A DNA stretch of 64,000 nucleotides from Eledone cirrhosa (taxonomy: Eukaryota): contig OZ024760.1 of assembly GCA_964016885.1 (NCBI GenBank), positions 18,166,001 through 18,230,000 on the forward strand, given 5' to 3'. Below the pieces are notes generated by a model that searched no databases, had not been told where the DNA came from, and saw nothing but the letters and a program-made list of their open reading frames with translations. Of the stretch, positions 12,920-26,777 are shown in pieces. A program made the translations under genes and the position numbers. Position 1 is the stretch's first letter, and every line of letters begins with the position of its first letter.

Positions 12920-13650
12920 GGTTTATCATGACACCAGCACTACCACTTTACAGAGTGTACTGGGTGTGTTTTATCATGGCACAAATACTACCACTTTACA
13001 GAGTGTACCGGTTGCATTTTATCATGATACCTGCACTGCTATTTTACAGAGTGTACTGGGTGTGTTTTATCATGGCACAAATACTACCACTTTACAGAGT
13101 GTACTGGGTGGTGTTTTATCATGACACCAGCACTACCACTTTACAGAGTGTACTGGTTGCATTTTATCATGATACCTGCACTGCTATTTTACAGAGTGTA
13201 CTGGGTGTGTTTTATCATGATACCAGCACTGCTATTTTACAGAGTGTACTGGGTGTGTTTTATCATGATACCAGCACTGCTATTTTACAGAGTATACTGG
13301 TTGCATTTTATCATGATACTAACACTGCTATTTTACAGAGTGTACTGGGTGTGTTTTATCATGGCACCAACACTGCCACTTTACAGAGTGTACTGGCTGC
13401 ATTTTATCATGGCACCAACACTGCCACTTTACAGAGTATACTGGGTGTGTTTTATCATGATACCAGCACTGCTATTTTACAGAGTGTACTGGGTGTGTTT
13501 TATCATGATACCATCACTGCTATTTTACAGAGTGTACTGGGTGTGTTTTATCATGATACCAGCACTGCTATTTTACAGAGTATACTGGGTGTGTTTTATC
13601 AGCACCGGCACTGCGACTTTTCAGAGTGTACGAGGTGCATTTGTATCATG
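12920..13650. repeat. ~42-bp minisatellite resembling an internal segment of SINE B
   Basis: ttttatcatgataccagcactgctattttacagagtgtactgggtgtg units in intron 4. Confidence 0.85.
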
Positions 13651-13691
13651 GCCTCTCCAACCCTGGGGAAGTTTTTGTAAAGATGTCTTAC

Positions 13692-13871
13692 CTGCATTAA
13701 CTTACACACCAACCAAACCTTCTCATCGCTGTTATTCTGTATCTCTGCCTTCAGTCGGATGTTTTCTCCACAACAGTAGCCACTTCGGTCAAGGGTGGCC
13801 TTTAAAACTAATGGACCAGATCCACAACAGAAACAACAGTTGTTGTTCTTATCTTGGGCTTCTTGGGGACT
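13692..13871 (-). CDS. Alpha-arrestin exon 4 (start of Arrestin_C)
   Basis: cttctacAG acceptor; SPQEAQDKNNNCCFCCGSGPLVLKATLDRSGYCCGENIRLKAEIQNNSDEKVWLVCKLMQ; donor CAG|GTAAGA; 180 bp, phase 0 to 0. Confidence 0.95.
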
Positions 13872-13986
13872 CTGTAGAAGACATGACAAACTCTTAAGGG
13901 TATGTTATATTCCAAACACTAAATAGTAAGAAAGTTATTTTACTAAATCCCTTCAAATTTTTCATTATTTTCAAAAAATATTTTTA

Positions 13987-15099
13987 AAGGGTTAATGACA
14001 TAGACAGCGTATTTCATTAGAAATATGGTAATGAAAGGGTTAATGACATAGACAGTGTCTTTCATTAGAAATATGGTAATGAAAGGGTTAATGACATAGA
14101 CAGTGTCTTTCATTAGAAATATGGTAATGAAAGGGTTAATGACATAGACAGTGTCTTTCATTAGAAATATGGTAATGAAAGGGTTAATGACATAGACAGT
14201 GTCTTTCATTAGAAATATGGTAATGAAAGGGTTAATGACATAGACAGTGTCTTTCATTAGAAATATGGTAATGAAAGGGTTAATGACATAGACAGTGTCT
14301 TTCATTAGAAATATGGTAATGAAAGGGTTAATGACATAGACAGTGTCTTTCATTAGAAATATGGTAATGAAAGGGTTAATGACATAGACAGTGTCTTTCA
14401 TTAGAAATATGGTAATGAAAGGGTTAATGACATAGACAGTGTCTTTCATTAGAAATATGGTAATGAAAGGGTTAATGACATAGACAGTGTCTTTCATTAG
14501 AAATATGGTAATGAAAGGGTTAATGACATAGACAGTGTCTTTCATTAGAAATATGGTAATGAAAGGGTTAATGACATAGACAGTGTCTTTCATTAGAAAT
14601 ATGGTAATGAAAGGGTTAATGACATAGACAGTGTCTTTCATTAGAAATATGGTAATGAAAGGGTTAATGACATAGACAGTGTCTTTCATTAGAAATATGG
14701 TAATGAAAGGGTTAATGACATAGACAGTGTCTTTCATTAGAAATATGGTAATGAAAGGGTTAATGACATAGACAGTGTCTTTCATTAGAAATATGGTAAT
14801 GAAAGGGTTAATGACATAGACAGTGTCTTTCATTAGACATATGGTAATGAAAGGGTTAATGACATAGACAGTGTCTTTCATTAGAAATTTGGTACTGAAA
14901 GGGTTAATGACATAGACAGTGTCTTTCATTAGAAATATGGTAAAGAAAGGGTTAAAGACATAGACAGTGTCTTTCATTAGACATATGGTAGTGAAAGGGT
15001 TAAAGACATAGACAGTGTCTTTCATTAGACATATGGTAATGAAAGGGTTAATGACATAGACAGTGTCTTTCATTAGACATATGGTAATGAAAGGGTTAG
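13987..15099. repeat. 48-bp minisatellite, ~23 near-perfect copies
   Basis: aagggttaatgacatagacagtgtctttcattagaaatatggtaatga fills most of intron 3. Confidence 0.97.
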
Positions 15100-15113
15100 A
15101 TTAACTATCTTAC

Positions 15114-15343
15114 CAAAAACCTTTCATCCATGCAGTCTATATGAGGACCAATTATAGTGAAGTATTTCATCCCTTGAGGAGATGAAGCGTATGGCATGTC
15201 AATGACGACTCGAAGATAGTAGCGGATGGTTGCCATTTTACTCTCAAAAGAACATGGTAAGGCTGATTCTGGTAGCTGGAACTGGAATGGGTAACGGTGA
15301 TTTCCTCGTGGTAGAATTGGGACACTACCTTCCTCGTTCTTAT
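15114..15343 (-). CDS. Alpha-arrestin exon 3
   Basis: tttccAG acceptor; hand translation DKNEEGSVPILPRGNHRYPFQFQLPESALPCSFESKMATIRYYLRVVIDMPYASSPQGMKYFTIIGPHIDCMDERFL, containing the arrestin G.H.YPF.F.LP..LP.SFE...IRY motif. Donor G|GTAAGA. The ORF track misses this frame. Confidence 0.95.
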
Positions 15344-15430
15344 CTGGAAATCACAAACAAACATAAACAAATAAAAAACAATAATCATAAGTACAGTGCA
15401 ACTAGTAACATCACAAAGTTAACCCTTTAA

Positions 15431-16061
15431 TATTTACATTACTCTATATATACTATTGTATTTTCACAGTAAATGCTTTACCTCACATAACATTTACATT
15501 ACTCTATATATACTATTGTATTTTCACAGTAAAGGCTTTACCTCACATAACATTTACATTACTCTATATATACTATTGTATTTTCACAGTAAAGGCTTTA
15601 CCTCACATAACATTTACATTACTCTATATATACTATTGTATTTTCACAGTAAAGGCTTTACCTCACATAACATTTACATTACTCTATATATACTATTGTA
15701 TTTTCACAGTAAAGGCTTTACCTCACATAACATTTACATTACTCTATATATACTATTGTATTTTCACAGTAAAGGCTTTACCTCACATAACATTTACATT
15801 ACTCTATATATACTATTGTATTTTCACAGTAAAGGCTTTACCTCACATAACATTTACATTACTCTATATATACTATTGTATTTTCACAGTAAAGGCTTTA
15901 CCTCACATAACATTTACATTACTCTATATATACTATTGTATTTTCACAGTAAAGGCTTTACCTCACATAACATTTACATTACTCTATATATACTATTGTA
16001 TTTTCACAGTAAAGGCTTTACCTCACATAACATTTACATTACTCTATATATACTATTGTAT
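15431..16061. repeat. 60-bp minisatellite, ~10.5 near-perfect copies
   Basis: Identical 60-nt lines; the unit equals a segment of the piggyBac-like MITE. Confidence 0.97.
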
Positions 16062-16263
16062 AATGTGTGCACTTATATAGACGTGTGTAGCAACAATGCA
16101 AACAACATTGTAATTTAACCCCTAGTTACCTTGCGAATCTAACTGTAAAACAAAACAAAAAATAAAAAATAACCCCTTTAAGATATGTTAAATTTTTTCA
16201 GTATTTAAAATCCTTTCAGAAAAGTGTAGAGATCAGAAATTTTTTTCAAATGGGGACACTTAC

Positions 16264-16386
16264 CTTTCCCCCAAATAACTGTTTTGTCATCAATGTAATA
16301 ATGATCTTGCTTTACTGTTCTTCGTTCTCCAGTTCTCATTATTTTCCATTCTATATGTACTTTACCGCGTAACGTCAGTCGGATCC
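16264..16386 (-). CDS. Alpha-arrestin exon 2
   Basis: ttttctcAG acceptor; GIRLTLRGKVHIEWKIMRTGERRTVKQDHYYIDDKTVIWGK; donor G|GTAAGT; phase 1 to 1, in frame with exon 1. Confidence 0.93.
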
Positions 16387-16477
16387 CTGAGAAAATAGTA
16401 AAAATAGTCAAGAAAATAAATTTACAAAAAAAGATGTCCCTGAAGACGGAGTTTAACCTTTAAACTTCAGTGAATTT

Positions 16478-16928
16478 GGCTAATTTGAAGTCCCCGTGGA
16501 GGGAGGGTGTCTGTAAAACTAAAAATACCAGTCAAATACTGGGGGTTTAATATATTCATCAGTAACCCCACCCATCCTCACTTGCTGGCTAATCTGAAGT
16601 CCCTGTGGAGGGAGGGTGTCTGTAACACTAGAAATACCAGTCAAATACTGGGGGTTAATATATTCATCAGTAACCCCACCCATCCTCACTTGCTGGCTAA
16701 TCTGAAGTCCCTGTGGAAGGAGGGTGTCTGTAAAACTAAAAATACCAGTCAAATACTGGGGGTTAATATATTCATCAGTAACCCCACCCATCCTCATTTG
16801 CTGGCTAATCTGAAGTCCCTGTGGAGGGAGGGTGTCTGTAACACTAGAAATACCAGTCAAATACTGGGGGTTAATATATTCCTCAGTAACCCCCCACACC
16901 TCCACTTGCTGGCTAATCTGAAGTCCCC
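16478..16928. repeat. 108-bp tandem repeat, ~4 copies
   Basis: gaagtccc recurs every 108-109 bp. Confidence 0.93.
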
Positions 16929-17497
16929 ATACTTTATGTCATTAATCAATATTTATTACTAGCTGCTGTTACCATGCTGTTTTAGTCTACTTGTACATTG
17001 ATTTGCTTTCGTAATTAGCATTTCTCTTGAGTCTGTGGAGCCATTGCCATATCAATTTCAGTAAAAATTACCAAAACATTTTCAAAAAAAACTAATGGAT
17101 TCTTCTAGAATGTGGCTCGGCATGGAAACCTCTACCAGAAAATTATTATGTATAATCGAATATAAGCTGACCTTCACCCCCCACCACACTCATGGCTCAG
17201 CATGAAAACCTTACCAGAAGATTGTTGTATATACTCAAATATAATCCAACCTTCACCCCCACTCAGTATTTTATGGATTCTTCTAGAATGTGGCTCAGGA
17301 TAGAAACCTCTACCAGAAAATGATTATGTATAATCAAATATAAGCTGACCTTCACAACCCTACTATTTCATGGATTCTTCTAGAAAGTGGTTCAGCATGG
17401 AAACCTTATCAGTAAATTATGTATATACTCAAATATAAGCTGACCTTCACAGCCTTAACACCTTTCATGGATTCTTCTAGAATGTGGCTCGGGGTAT

Positions 17498-17546
<49 letters not shown>

Positions 17547-17588
17547 TAGAGAGAAGGAAAGAAAGAGAGGTATAATGTGATGTCTTAC

Positions 17589-17700
17589 CTTGTACCTTGA
17601 GATTCTCAATATTCTGCACCACAATATGTCCTGTCAACTTCTCACCAGCATAGTAGATGTCTCGGTCAAGCTCTATATCAAATTTACTGATGTAGTCCAT
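17589..17700 (-). CDS. Alpha-arrestin (arrestin domain-containing protein), coding exon 1
   Basis: ATG at 17700; MDYISKFDIELDRDIYYAGEKLTGHIVVQNIENLKVQ is a typical Arrestin_N start (Y.AGE.L.G.V). Donor AG|GTAAGA, phase 1. An acceptor ctctctattgtccAG at 17721-17722 implies a non-coding upstream exon. Confidence 0.92.
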
Positions 17701-17739
17701 TGTAGTGGCTTTACTGGAGACTGGACAATAGAGAGAGAA

Positions 17740-18485
17740 GTGATGGTCAGTTATGGAGTGTTGGAGAGTGGTGGTGGTCAGTTATGGAGTGTTGGACATT
17801 AGAGAGTGAGGGGGTGGTGGTCAGTTATGGAGTGTTGGACATTAGAGAGTGAGGGGGTGGTGGTCAGTTATGGAGTTTTGGACCTTAGAGAGAGGTGGTG
17901 GTCAGTTATGGAGTGTTGGAGATTAGAGAGTGAGGGGGTGGTGGTCAGTTATGGAGTTTTGGACCTTAGAGAGAGGTGGTGGTTAGTTATGGAGTGTCGG
18001 GTATTAGAGAGAGGTGGTGGTCAGTTATGGAGTGTCGGGTATTAGAGAGAGGTGGTGGTCAGTTATGGAGTGTCGGGTATTAGAGAGAGGTGGTGGTCAG
18101 TTATGGAGTGTCGGGTATTAGAGAGAGGTGCTGGTCAGTTATGGAGTGTTTGACATTACAGATATGTGGTGGTCAGTTATGGAGTGTTTGACATTAGAGA
18201 GAGGTGGTGGTCAGTTATGGAGTGTCAGATATTAGAGAGTGAGGTGGTGGTCAGTTATGGAGTGTCGGGTATTAGAGAGAGGTGGTGGTCAGTTATGGAG
18301 TGTCGGGTATTAGAGAGAGGTGGTGGTCAGTTATGGAGTGTCGGGTATTAGAGTGAGGTGGTGGTCAGTTATGGAGGGTCGGGTATTAGAGAGAGGTGGT
18401 GGTCAGTTATGGAGTGTCGGGTATTAGAGAGAGGTGGTGGTCAGTTATGGAGTGTTTGACATTACAGATATGTGGTGGTCAGTTT
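17740..18485. repeat. ~38-bp minisatellite just upstream of the first coding exon
   Basis: gtggtggtcagttatggagtgtcgggtattagagagag units. Confidence 0.93.
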
Positions 18486-18951
18486 TAGATTGAGCATACC
18501 CACACCACCAATAACAACACCACCTCAACAACTACCAACACACCACCACCCTACCACCATCACACCACCACCACCACTACCACTACCTACACACCACCAC
18601 CACCATCTCACCACCATCACACCACCACCACCACCACCACCACCACCACCATCACACCACCAACACCACACCACCACACCACCACCACCATCACACCATC
18701 ACACCACCACCACCACTACCACTACCTACACACCACCACCACCATCTCACCACCATCACACCACCACCACCACCACCACCACCACCACCATCACACCACC
18801 AACACCACACCACCACACCACCACCACCATCACACCATCACACCACCACCACCACTACCACTACCTACACACCACCACCACCATCTCACCACCATCACAC
18901 CACCACCACCACCACCACCACCACCATCACACCACCAACACCACACCACTG

Positions 18952-18983
<32 letters not shown>

Positions 18984-19224
18984 ACACCACCAACACCACA
19001 CCACTGCCAGCACCACCACCACCATCACACCACCACCACCACCATTACACCACCACCACCACCACCACACCACCATCACACCACCACCACCACCACCATC
19101 ACACCACCACCACCACCATCACACCACCACCACCACCATCACACCACCGCCATCACACCACCGCCACTACACCACCACCAGAGAGGGGAAGAGACAGATA
19201 GAGTGAGACGGAAAGGGAGAGAGT

Positions 19225-19263
<39 letters not shown>

Positions 19264-19376
19264 TGTGTGAAGAGTGAAAGTGTGAGGAGACAGTGAAAGA
19301 ATGGGACAGAGAGAGAGAGAGTGAGAAAGACAGAGAGAGTGGGAGAGACAGAGAGGAATGGAGTGGAAGAGATAGA

Positions 19377-19413
<37 letters not shown>

Positions 19414-19488
19414 TGTGTGTGAGGAGTGAAAGTGTGAGGAGATAGTGAGAGGAAGGAAGATATGTAGAGTGGGAGAGACAGAGAGGAA

Positions 19489-19527
<39 letters not shown>

Positions 19528-19804
19528 TGAGGAGACAGTGAGAGGAAGGGGGAGGAGAATGGTGATAATGTTTTGTTTAATGAGACGGCAAAGTATATAA
19601 ATATACATCATAATATAACATATGCTAATTTATGTAAATGAGGTAGAGTGAGTGACACACAGACATGTATGACAATATAGCATGGCAGGATACAAGAGGC
19701 GAAGATGTAGTGGGGTGAAGAGAAGGTGGAGACAGAGAGGGGGTGACAGGGTGGTAAGGAGGAGAGAGGATGGTGGTGGTGGCGGTGGGGAGTTGGAGAC
19801 ATCA

Positions 19805-20500
19805 GTGTTAAGCAACTGAGAGTATAACTCACCCCTGGACAGGACACCAGTCCACCACAGGGTTAAAAATCTGTCCCAAGTCCTGAGACTCACGAGACCA
19901 CAGCTTACCCTGGTTTCATTAGCGTTAATTAACTGAGAACATGACTCACCCCTGGACAGGACACCAGTCCATCTCAGGGTTAAAATCTGTCTCAAGTCCA
20001 GAGGTTCACCTGACCAGAGCTTATATTAGTTTCATTAGCGTTAAGTAACTGAGGGTGTAACTCACCCCTGGACAGGACACCAGTCCAGCTCAGGGTTAAA
20101 ATCTGTCTCAAGTCCAGAGGCTCACCTGACCAGAGATTATATTAGTTTCATTAGCGTTAAGTAACTGAGGGTGTAACTCACCCCTGGACAGGACACCAGT
20201 CCAGCTCCGGGTTAAAATCTGTCTCAAGTCCAGAGGCTCACCTGACCAGAGATTATATTAGTTTCATTAGCGTTAAGTAACTGAGGGTGTAACTCACCCC
20301 TGGACAGGACACCAGTCCATCTCAGGGTAAAAGCCTGTTCCAAGTCCAGAGGCTCACCTGACCAGAGCTTATATTAGTTTCATTAGCGTTAAATAACTGA
20401 GGGTGTAACTCACCCCTGGACAGGACACCAGTCCAGCTCAGGGTTAAAGCCTGTTCCAAGTCCAGAGGCTCACCTGACCAGAGCTTACCCTGGTTTCACT
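19805..20500. repeat. ~117-bp tandem repeat, ~6 copies, SINE-body derived
   Basis: ctcacccctggacaggacaccagtcc recurs; its reverse complement resembles 56855-56900 and 57200-57260. Confidence 0.88.
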
Positions 20501-21434
20501 CACATTATTTATTTCATCATCATCGTTCAACGACCATCTTCCACGCTAGCATGGATTAGACGGTTATGTTCCATTTGATGCGGGATTGGTCGGGAAAGTG
20601 TGTCTCTGGCAGGTTTTCTATGGCTGGATACCCTTCCTAACACCAACCACATTTACAGTGTGGACTGGGAACCTTTTTATCGTGTCTCCTACACAACCAC
20701 TTTACAGTGTAGACTGGATGCTTTTTGTTGTGTAATAAAAATAACAACAACAAAAAATGGCACACTACATGGGAGAAATATATTAGTTTAATGCTTGAAA
20801 TGGTAGGAAGAGAGTCTAGTCCTTCATCAGAAGATAGTTAGAACTAGAAGATAAACAGAAAGTAAAGAGTGATAAGAGAAAGGAACGAGGAAAATGGGGG
20901 AAAAATGAGAAGAAAAAATGTATATATGTATATGTTTTCTTACATTTTTAGATTAAAAATTTGGTTTCTTTTCACCCCAAAATGTCCATATATGGGCATA
21001 AATGTAGATGTCTTGTATTATGGTGGAAATCTTCAGTTATTATATTTGCTGGGTATTTTTGTAAACATGGAGTATAACTCACTTTTTCTCTGAAACAAAT
21101 AAAGATATATATATTTTAAGAAAACCTGAAACACAATGGATAAGATAATATACATTAACAAATATAATACAATAGGAAAGCCACTATGTGGTCCTTCTGC
21201 CAGCTAGAAACTGCAACCAAACACTTCTCTTCTTCTTTGCTCACTTATTTCTTTCTGAGAGGGTCATGGGGGACAGAGTCCTCAAACATTCTTTCCAGTG
21301 GGTCATGTCAAAAGTAAGTGTCCCCCAGCTAATCTGGTTGGATACCTAATTGGGACCAGCCAAGCTGATGGATGTTATCCAACCATCTTGCTTGGGTTCT
21401 ACCCTGGGTCTCCTGCCAGCTCGTTTTGCCTATA

Positions 21435-21470
21435 GGGGGTGTAGCTCAGTGGTAGAGTGTTCGCTTTGCA
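21435..21470 (+). pseudogene. 5' half of a tRNA-Ala-like sequence
   Basis: GGGGGTGTAGCTCAGTGGTAGAGTGTTCGCTTTGCA ends in the anticodon loop (TGC); no T-arm follows. Confidence 0.65.
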
Positions 21471-21647
21471 ACCAAACTCAGCAGTCTAATACGCACACAC
21501 ACACACTAAGACACACACACACATATATATATACATATATATATATATGTAGGAGGTGAGTTTTATTGTAGTACAATAAAGCAATGCAGATATCGGATAA
21601 GAAGCACTCTACAGTTTGTAGGACTGGAGTATACATAATATAAGATG

Positions 21648-21928
21648 AAAAGATGGTTAAAGGAGTTCCATGTATTTTATTATGCGCATTTCAAAAACAA
21701 ACATCATCATGCAATAATATTTGTGTTTTCATCAGATAAAACAGGAGAACATGATATGAAGGCTAAAAAACACTTGTGGATTTAAAACTGCACTATCCAC
21801 AAGTGTTTTTTAGCCTTCATATCATGTTCTCCTGTTTTATCTGATGAAAACACAAATATTATTGCATGATGATGTTTGTTTTTGAAATGCGCATAATAAA
21901 ATACATGGAACTCCTTTAACCATCTTTT
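21648..21928. repeat. Perfect fold-back palindrome, 134-bp arms, 13-nt loop
   Basis: 21648-21781 is the reverse complement of 21795-21928. Confidence 0.95.
21835..21901 (+). ncRNA. Type-I hammerhead ribozyme with palindromic stem III (mirror copy on minus strand at 21675-21741)
   Basis: UUUUAU-CUGAUGA-[stem II includes CAAAUAU/AUGUUUG]-GAAA-UGCGCA-UA|AUAAAA. AUGCGCAU is palindromic, as in dimer-acting Penelope-type HHRs. Confidence 0.75.
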
Positions 21929-21945
21929 GATCTTATATATTATAC

Positions 21946-21986
<41 letters not shown>

Positions 21987-22238
21987 TGAGTGAGGAAAAA
22001 TGGTCATTAAATGACGACCAGGCACTGCCCACAATAGGACAACCCGTCCTACCCATGCTAGCATGGAGGAACGGATGTAAAATGGTGATGATGATGATGA
22101 TGATGATATATATATATATATAAAACGACTTGTTGAATACAAGCCAAAACCACTTGGCATCATAATTAGGGTTTTATCTCCCCCCCCCCTCTCTCTATAT
22201 ATATAAATATATATATATATCTGTATATATATGTATAT

Positions 22239-22304
<66 letters not shown>

Positions 22305-22377
22305 TTAACACCATTATTATTGCGAATGCTTAAGGTCAGAAATATGAAGCACAACCATTAATGGAAGAAGTTGTTGA

Positions 22378-22422
<45 letters not shown>

Positions 22423-22582
22423 CGTGGAGACACAACAGTAGGTGAGGTGCTGCATGAACGGTTTCTGTTGTGTGGCAGGATGAAAGATGGTGAATACTTA
22501 ATTGTTTTCAGTCACGACACCTGGACAACAGGTGTAAATCTCTGCTGCAGTGGCTCAGGTAGAGATAACTGTAACAGGTGTA

Positions 22583-24545
22583 ACAACAACAACAACAACA
22601 ACAAGGAGGACAACATAGGCAACAGTGATGGCTATTAATAACTACAACAACAACTGCAACAACAACTGCAACAACAACTGCAACAACTACAACAACAAGG
22701 AGGACAACATAGGCAACAGTGATGGCTATTAATAACTACAACAACAACTGCAACAACAACTGCAACAACAACTGCAACAACTACAACAACAAGGAGGACA
22801 ACATAGGCAACAGTGATGGCTATTAATAACTACAACAACAACTGCAACAACAACTGCAACAACTACAACAACAAGGAGGACAACATAGGCAACAGTGATG
22901 GCTATTAATAACTACAACAACAACTGCAACAACAACTGCAACAACAACTGCAACAACTACAACAACAAGGAGGACAACATAGGCAACAGTGATGGCTATT
23001 AATAACTACAACAACAACTGCAACAACAACTGCAACAACAACTGCAACAACTACAACAACAAGGAGGACAACATAGGCAACAGTGATGGCTATTAATAAC
23101 TACAACAACAACTGCAACAACAACTGCAACAACTACAACAACAAGGAGGACAACATAGACAACAGTGATGGCTATTAATAACTACAACAACAACTGCAAC
23201 AACAACTGCAACAACAACTGCAACAACTACAACAACAAGGAGGACAACATAGGCAACAGTGATGGCTATTAATAACTACAACAACAACTGCAACAACAAC
23301 TGCAACAACAACTGCAACAACTACAACAACAAGGAGGACAACATAGGCAACAGTGATGGCTATTAATAACTACAACAACAACTGCAACAACAACTGCAAC
23401 AACTACAACAACAAGGAGGACAACATAGACAACAGTGATGGCTATTAATAACTACAACAACAACTGCAACAACAACTGCAACAACTACAACAACAAGGAG
23501 GACAACATAGACAACAGTGATGGCTATTAATAACTACAACAACAACTGCAACAACAACTGCAACAACAACTGCAACAACTACAACAACAAGGAGGACAAC
23601 ATAGGCAACAGTGATGGCTATTAATAACTACAACAACAACTGCAACAACAACTGCAACAACAACTGCAACAACTACAACAACAAGGAGGACAACATAGGC
23701 AACAGTGATGGCTATTAATAACTACAACAACAACTGCAACAACAACTGCAACAACAACTGCAACAACTACAACAACAAGGAGGACAACATAGGCAACAGT
23801 GATGGCTATTAATAACTACAACAACAACTGCAACAACAACTGCAACAACAACTGCAACAACTACAACAACAAGGAGGACAACATAGGCAACAGTGATGGC
23901 TATTAATAACTACAACAACAACTGCAACAACAACTGCAACAACAACTGCAACAACTACAACAACAAGGAGGACAACATAGGCAACAGTGATGGCTATTAA
24001 TAACTACAACAACAACTGCAACAACAACTGCAACAACAACTGCAACAACTACAACAACAAGGAGGACAACATAGGCAACAGTGATGGCTATTAATAACTA
24101 CAACAACAACTGCAACAACAACTGCAACAACTACAACAACAAGGACAACAGTGATGGCTATTAATAACTACAACAACAACTGCAACAGCAACAGCAACTA
24201 CAACAACAACAGCAACAGCAATAACAGCAACAACAACAACAACAACAGCAATAACAATAACAACAACAACAGCAACAACAACATCAATAGCAACAACAGC
24301 AACAACAATAACAACTACAACAACAGCAATAACAATAACAACTACAACAACAGCAACAGCAACAACAATAACAATAACAACAACAACAGCAATAACAATA
24401 ACAACTACAACAACAGCAATAACAATAACAACTACAACAACAGCAATAACAACAACAACTACAACAACAACAGCAACAACAATAATAACAACAACAACAA
24501 CAACAACAGCAATAGCAATAACAACAACAACAACAGCAACAACAA
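22583..24545. repeat. 78/90-bp compound (AAC)-based minisatellite grading into (AAC/AAT/AGC)n
   Basis: aacaaggaggacaacataggcaacagtgatggctattaataactac units, about 18 copies. Confidence 0.95.
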
Positions 24546-24867
24546 TGTCCAGTCAGCCCCCCTTACAATGGTCTCCTATGGAGGCGCAAGGCCAGTAATT
24601 TTGGGGGGGGGGAAGTCGATTAAATCAATCCCAGTGCATTACTGGTACTTTATTTTATCGACCCCGTACGGATGAAAGGCAAAGTTAACTTCAGTGGAAT
24701 TTGAACTCAGACCATAAAGGGCCGTAACTCTATGCTGCAAAGTATGCTGTCCGACGCTCTACCGACACTGCCAATCCAATAATAATAGTAATAATTGTTT
24801 CTTTTTTGGCACAAGGCCAGCAGTTACCCCAGTGCATTACTGGTACTTTATTTTATCAAGCCCGTTA

Positions 24868-25163
24868 TCATTGCTCTCTGTAAACCTGTTATACACCCTT
24901 ACCATTGCTCTCTGTAAACCTGTTATACACCCTTGCTATTGCTCTCTGTAAACCTGTTATACACCCTTGCCATAGTTTTCTGTTGACCTGTTATACACCC
25001 TTACCATTGCTCTCTGTTGAGCTGTTATACACCCTTACCATTGCTCTCTGTTGAGCTGTTATACACCCTTACCATTGCTCTCTGTTGGCCTGTTATACAC
25101 CCTTACCATTGATCTCTGTTGAGCTGTTATACACCCTTACCATAGTTTTCTGTTGAGCTGTTA
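24868..25163. repeat. 34-bp minisatellite
   Basis: gttatacacccttaccattgctctctgttgagct, about 8 copies. Confidence 0.9.
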
Positions 25164-26675
25164 AGTTATTAACCCTTTAAAATGCCATTTTACATCAAAG
25201 GCATTCTTTTATCTCAGAATATTCCAAGAAATACTGTAAAATAAGTAAATATGCCACTGTACCAGAAAATATGGCTGACAAAGTTCAAAGAAAGCCAAGT
25301 CTTCAGATCTTTTAGTAATAGGAAGAAAAGGTTTTGCTTATTCAAACCAAAGTTTCTATAATCAGATTAAGATTATGAATTTGTTTGAAACCTTGCCAAC
25401 TACATTTCTCATTGAAAAATAAATTTTTTACTGGATGCCTTCTGCATGAAAAAGATATAGTTAAGTGCAGGCTAAAATGCACACAATTATATGGATAAGG
25501 TTTAAAGAGCTAGTCCCACTGTAGAGAAATGAAGCAACCATGCTCTGTTGTGTGAGAGGGTCATGGGTAGAGAATCCTCAAACACCCCTTCCAGTGAATC
25601 CTGTCAGAAGCAACCATCTCAAACTGATCCGGCTGGATCCCCAAGGGACCAGTCAAGTTCATGGATGTTATCCAACTATTTTGCTTGGAGGTCTACCCAT
25701 AAAATCTGCCTCACTTTAAAGGTACAATTAAAATTTAAATTAAAATCTTCCAACATAATTTTATATAAGAACTTACAGACTAGTGTGGGTGTTTGTTGTT
25801 GATGTTGTAGTTATTAGTTTGTTACCAACCCGTCCTTAATAGGCTCTTGTTCCATGAAATAAAGTCACCTATTTTAAAGGTTTCCAATTTAAATTAAAAT
25901 CTTCCAACATAGTTTTAAATAAGAATTGTTACTATCTTAGTAATGAAATTATTAATAATTTTAGTAAATCCCTCAAAAGTCTTCATTAATTAATTGTGAA
26001 TTGGCAGTATTGGTAGAGGGTTGGACGCCATGCTTTCTAGCATAGTTACGTCCCTTTACAGTCTGAGTTCAAATTCCGCCGAGGTTAACTTTGCCTTTCA
26101 TCCTTACGGGGTCGATAAAATAAAGTACCAGTAATGTACTGGGTAATTGCTGGCCTTGTGCCTAAAGTAGAAACAATTAATTAATTAAAATAGTCTGTGT
26201 TTCATTAGAAATGTAGTTATGAAAGGGTTAAGTTACTATCTTAGTAATGAAATAATTACTAATTTCAGTTAATCCCTCAAAATTCTTCATTAATTAATTA
26301 AAATAGAATGTATATCATTAGAAATCAAGTCGTGAAAGGTTAAACAGTAGAATGATAGACGCCAGTAACACAGTTTTGGCTTATAGGAAGGAATGAAGAT
26401 TGTGGAAATAAAACTCACTGGTCGTTAATATGAGTTAATTATTCCTCAATTAAGGTTGTAATTGGCAAAGATATGTGTTGTTGCATTAGTGCAGTTTCCC
26501 TAAACTAATTTTCCCAGCATATTAACATGGGATTAGTAGGTTTATGTCTGGTATTTCAGGGTGAAAACCGAAGTTATGCAACTTCTAACATATGTATTGT
26601 ACCAACCAAAGGAAGTCTGGATGGTCAACAGATAATTTTGATAAAAATCTCTTTCTCTCTCTCTCTGTCTGTCTC

Positions 26676-26777
<102 letters not shown>

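Noticed and set aside
13943-16118. 376-aa and 220-aa repetitive ORFs
   Set aside because: 48-bp and 60-bp intronic minisatellites whose unit lengths are divisible by three.
16430-16476. CTGAAGA followed by a GGAGTTTA/TAAACTTC hairpin
   Set aside because: No GAAA or stem III follows, and the 108-bp repeat begins immediately; it cannot be called a ribozyme.
22583-24150. Regular repeat arrays resembling CRISPR (also 46.6-47.7k and 29.6-30.4k)
   Set aside because: The units are repeated whole with no unique spacers; the context is eukaryotic and no cas genes are present.
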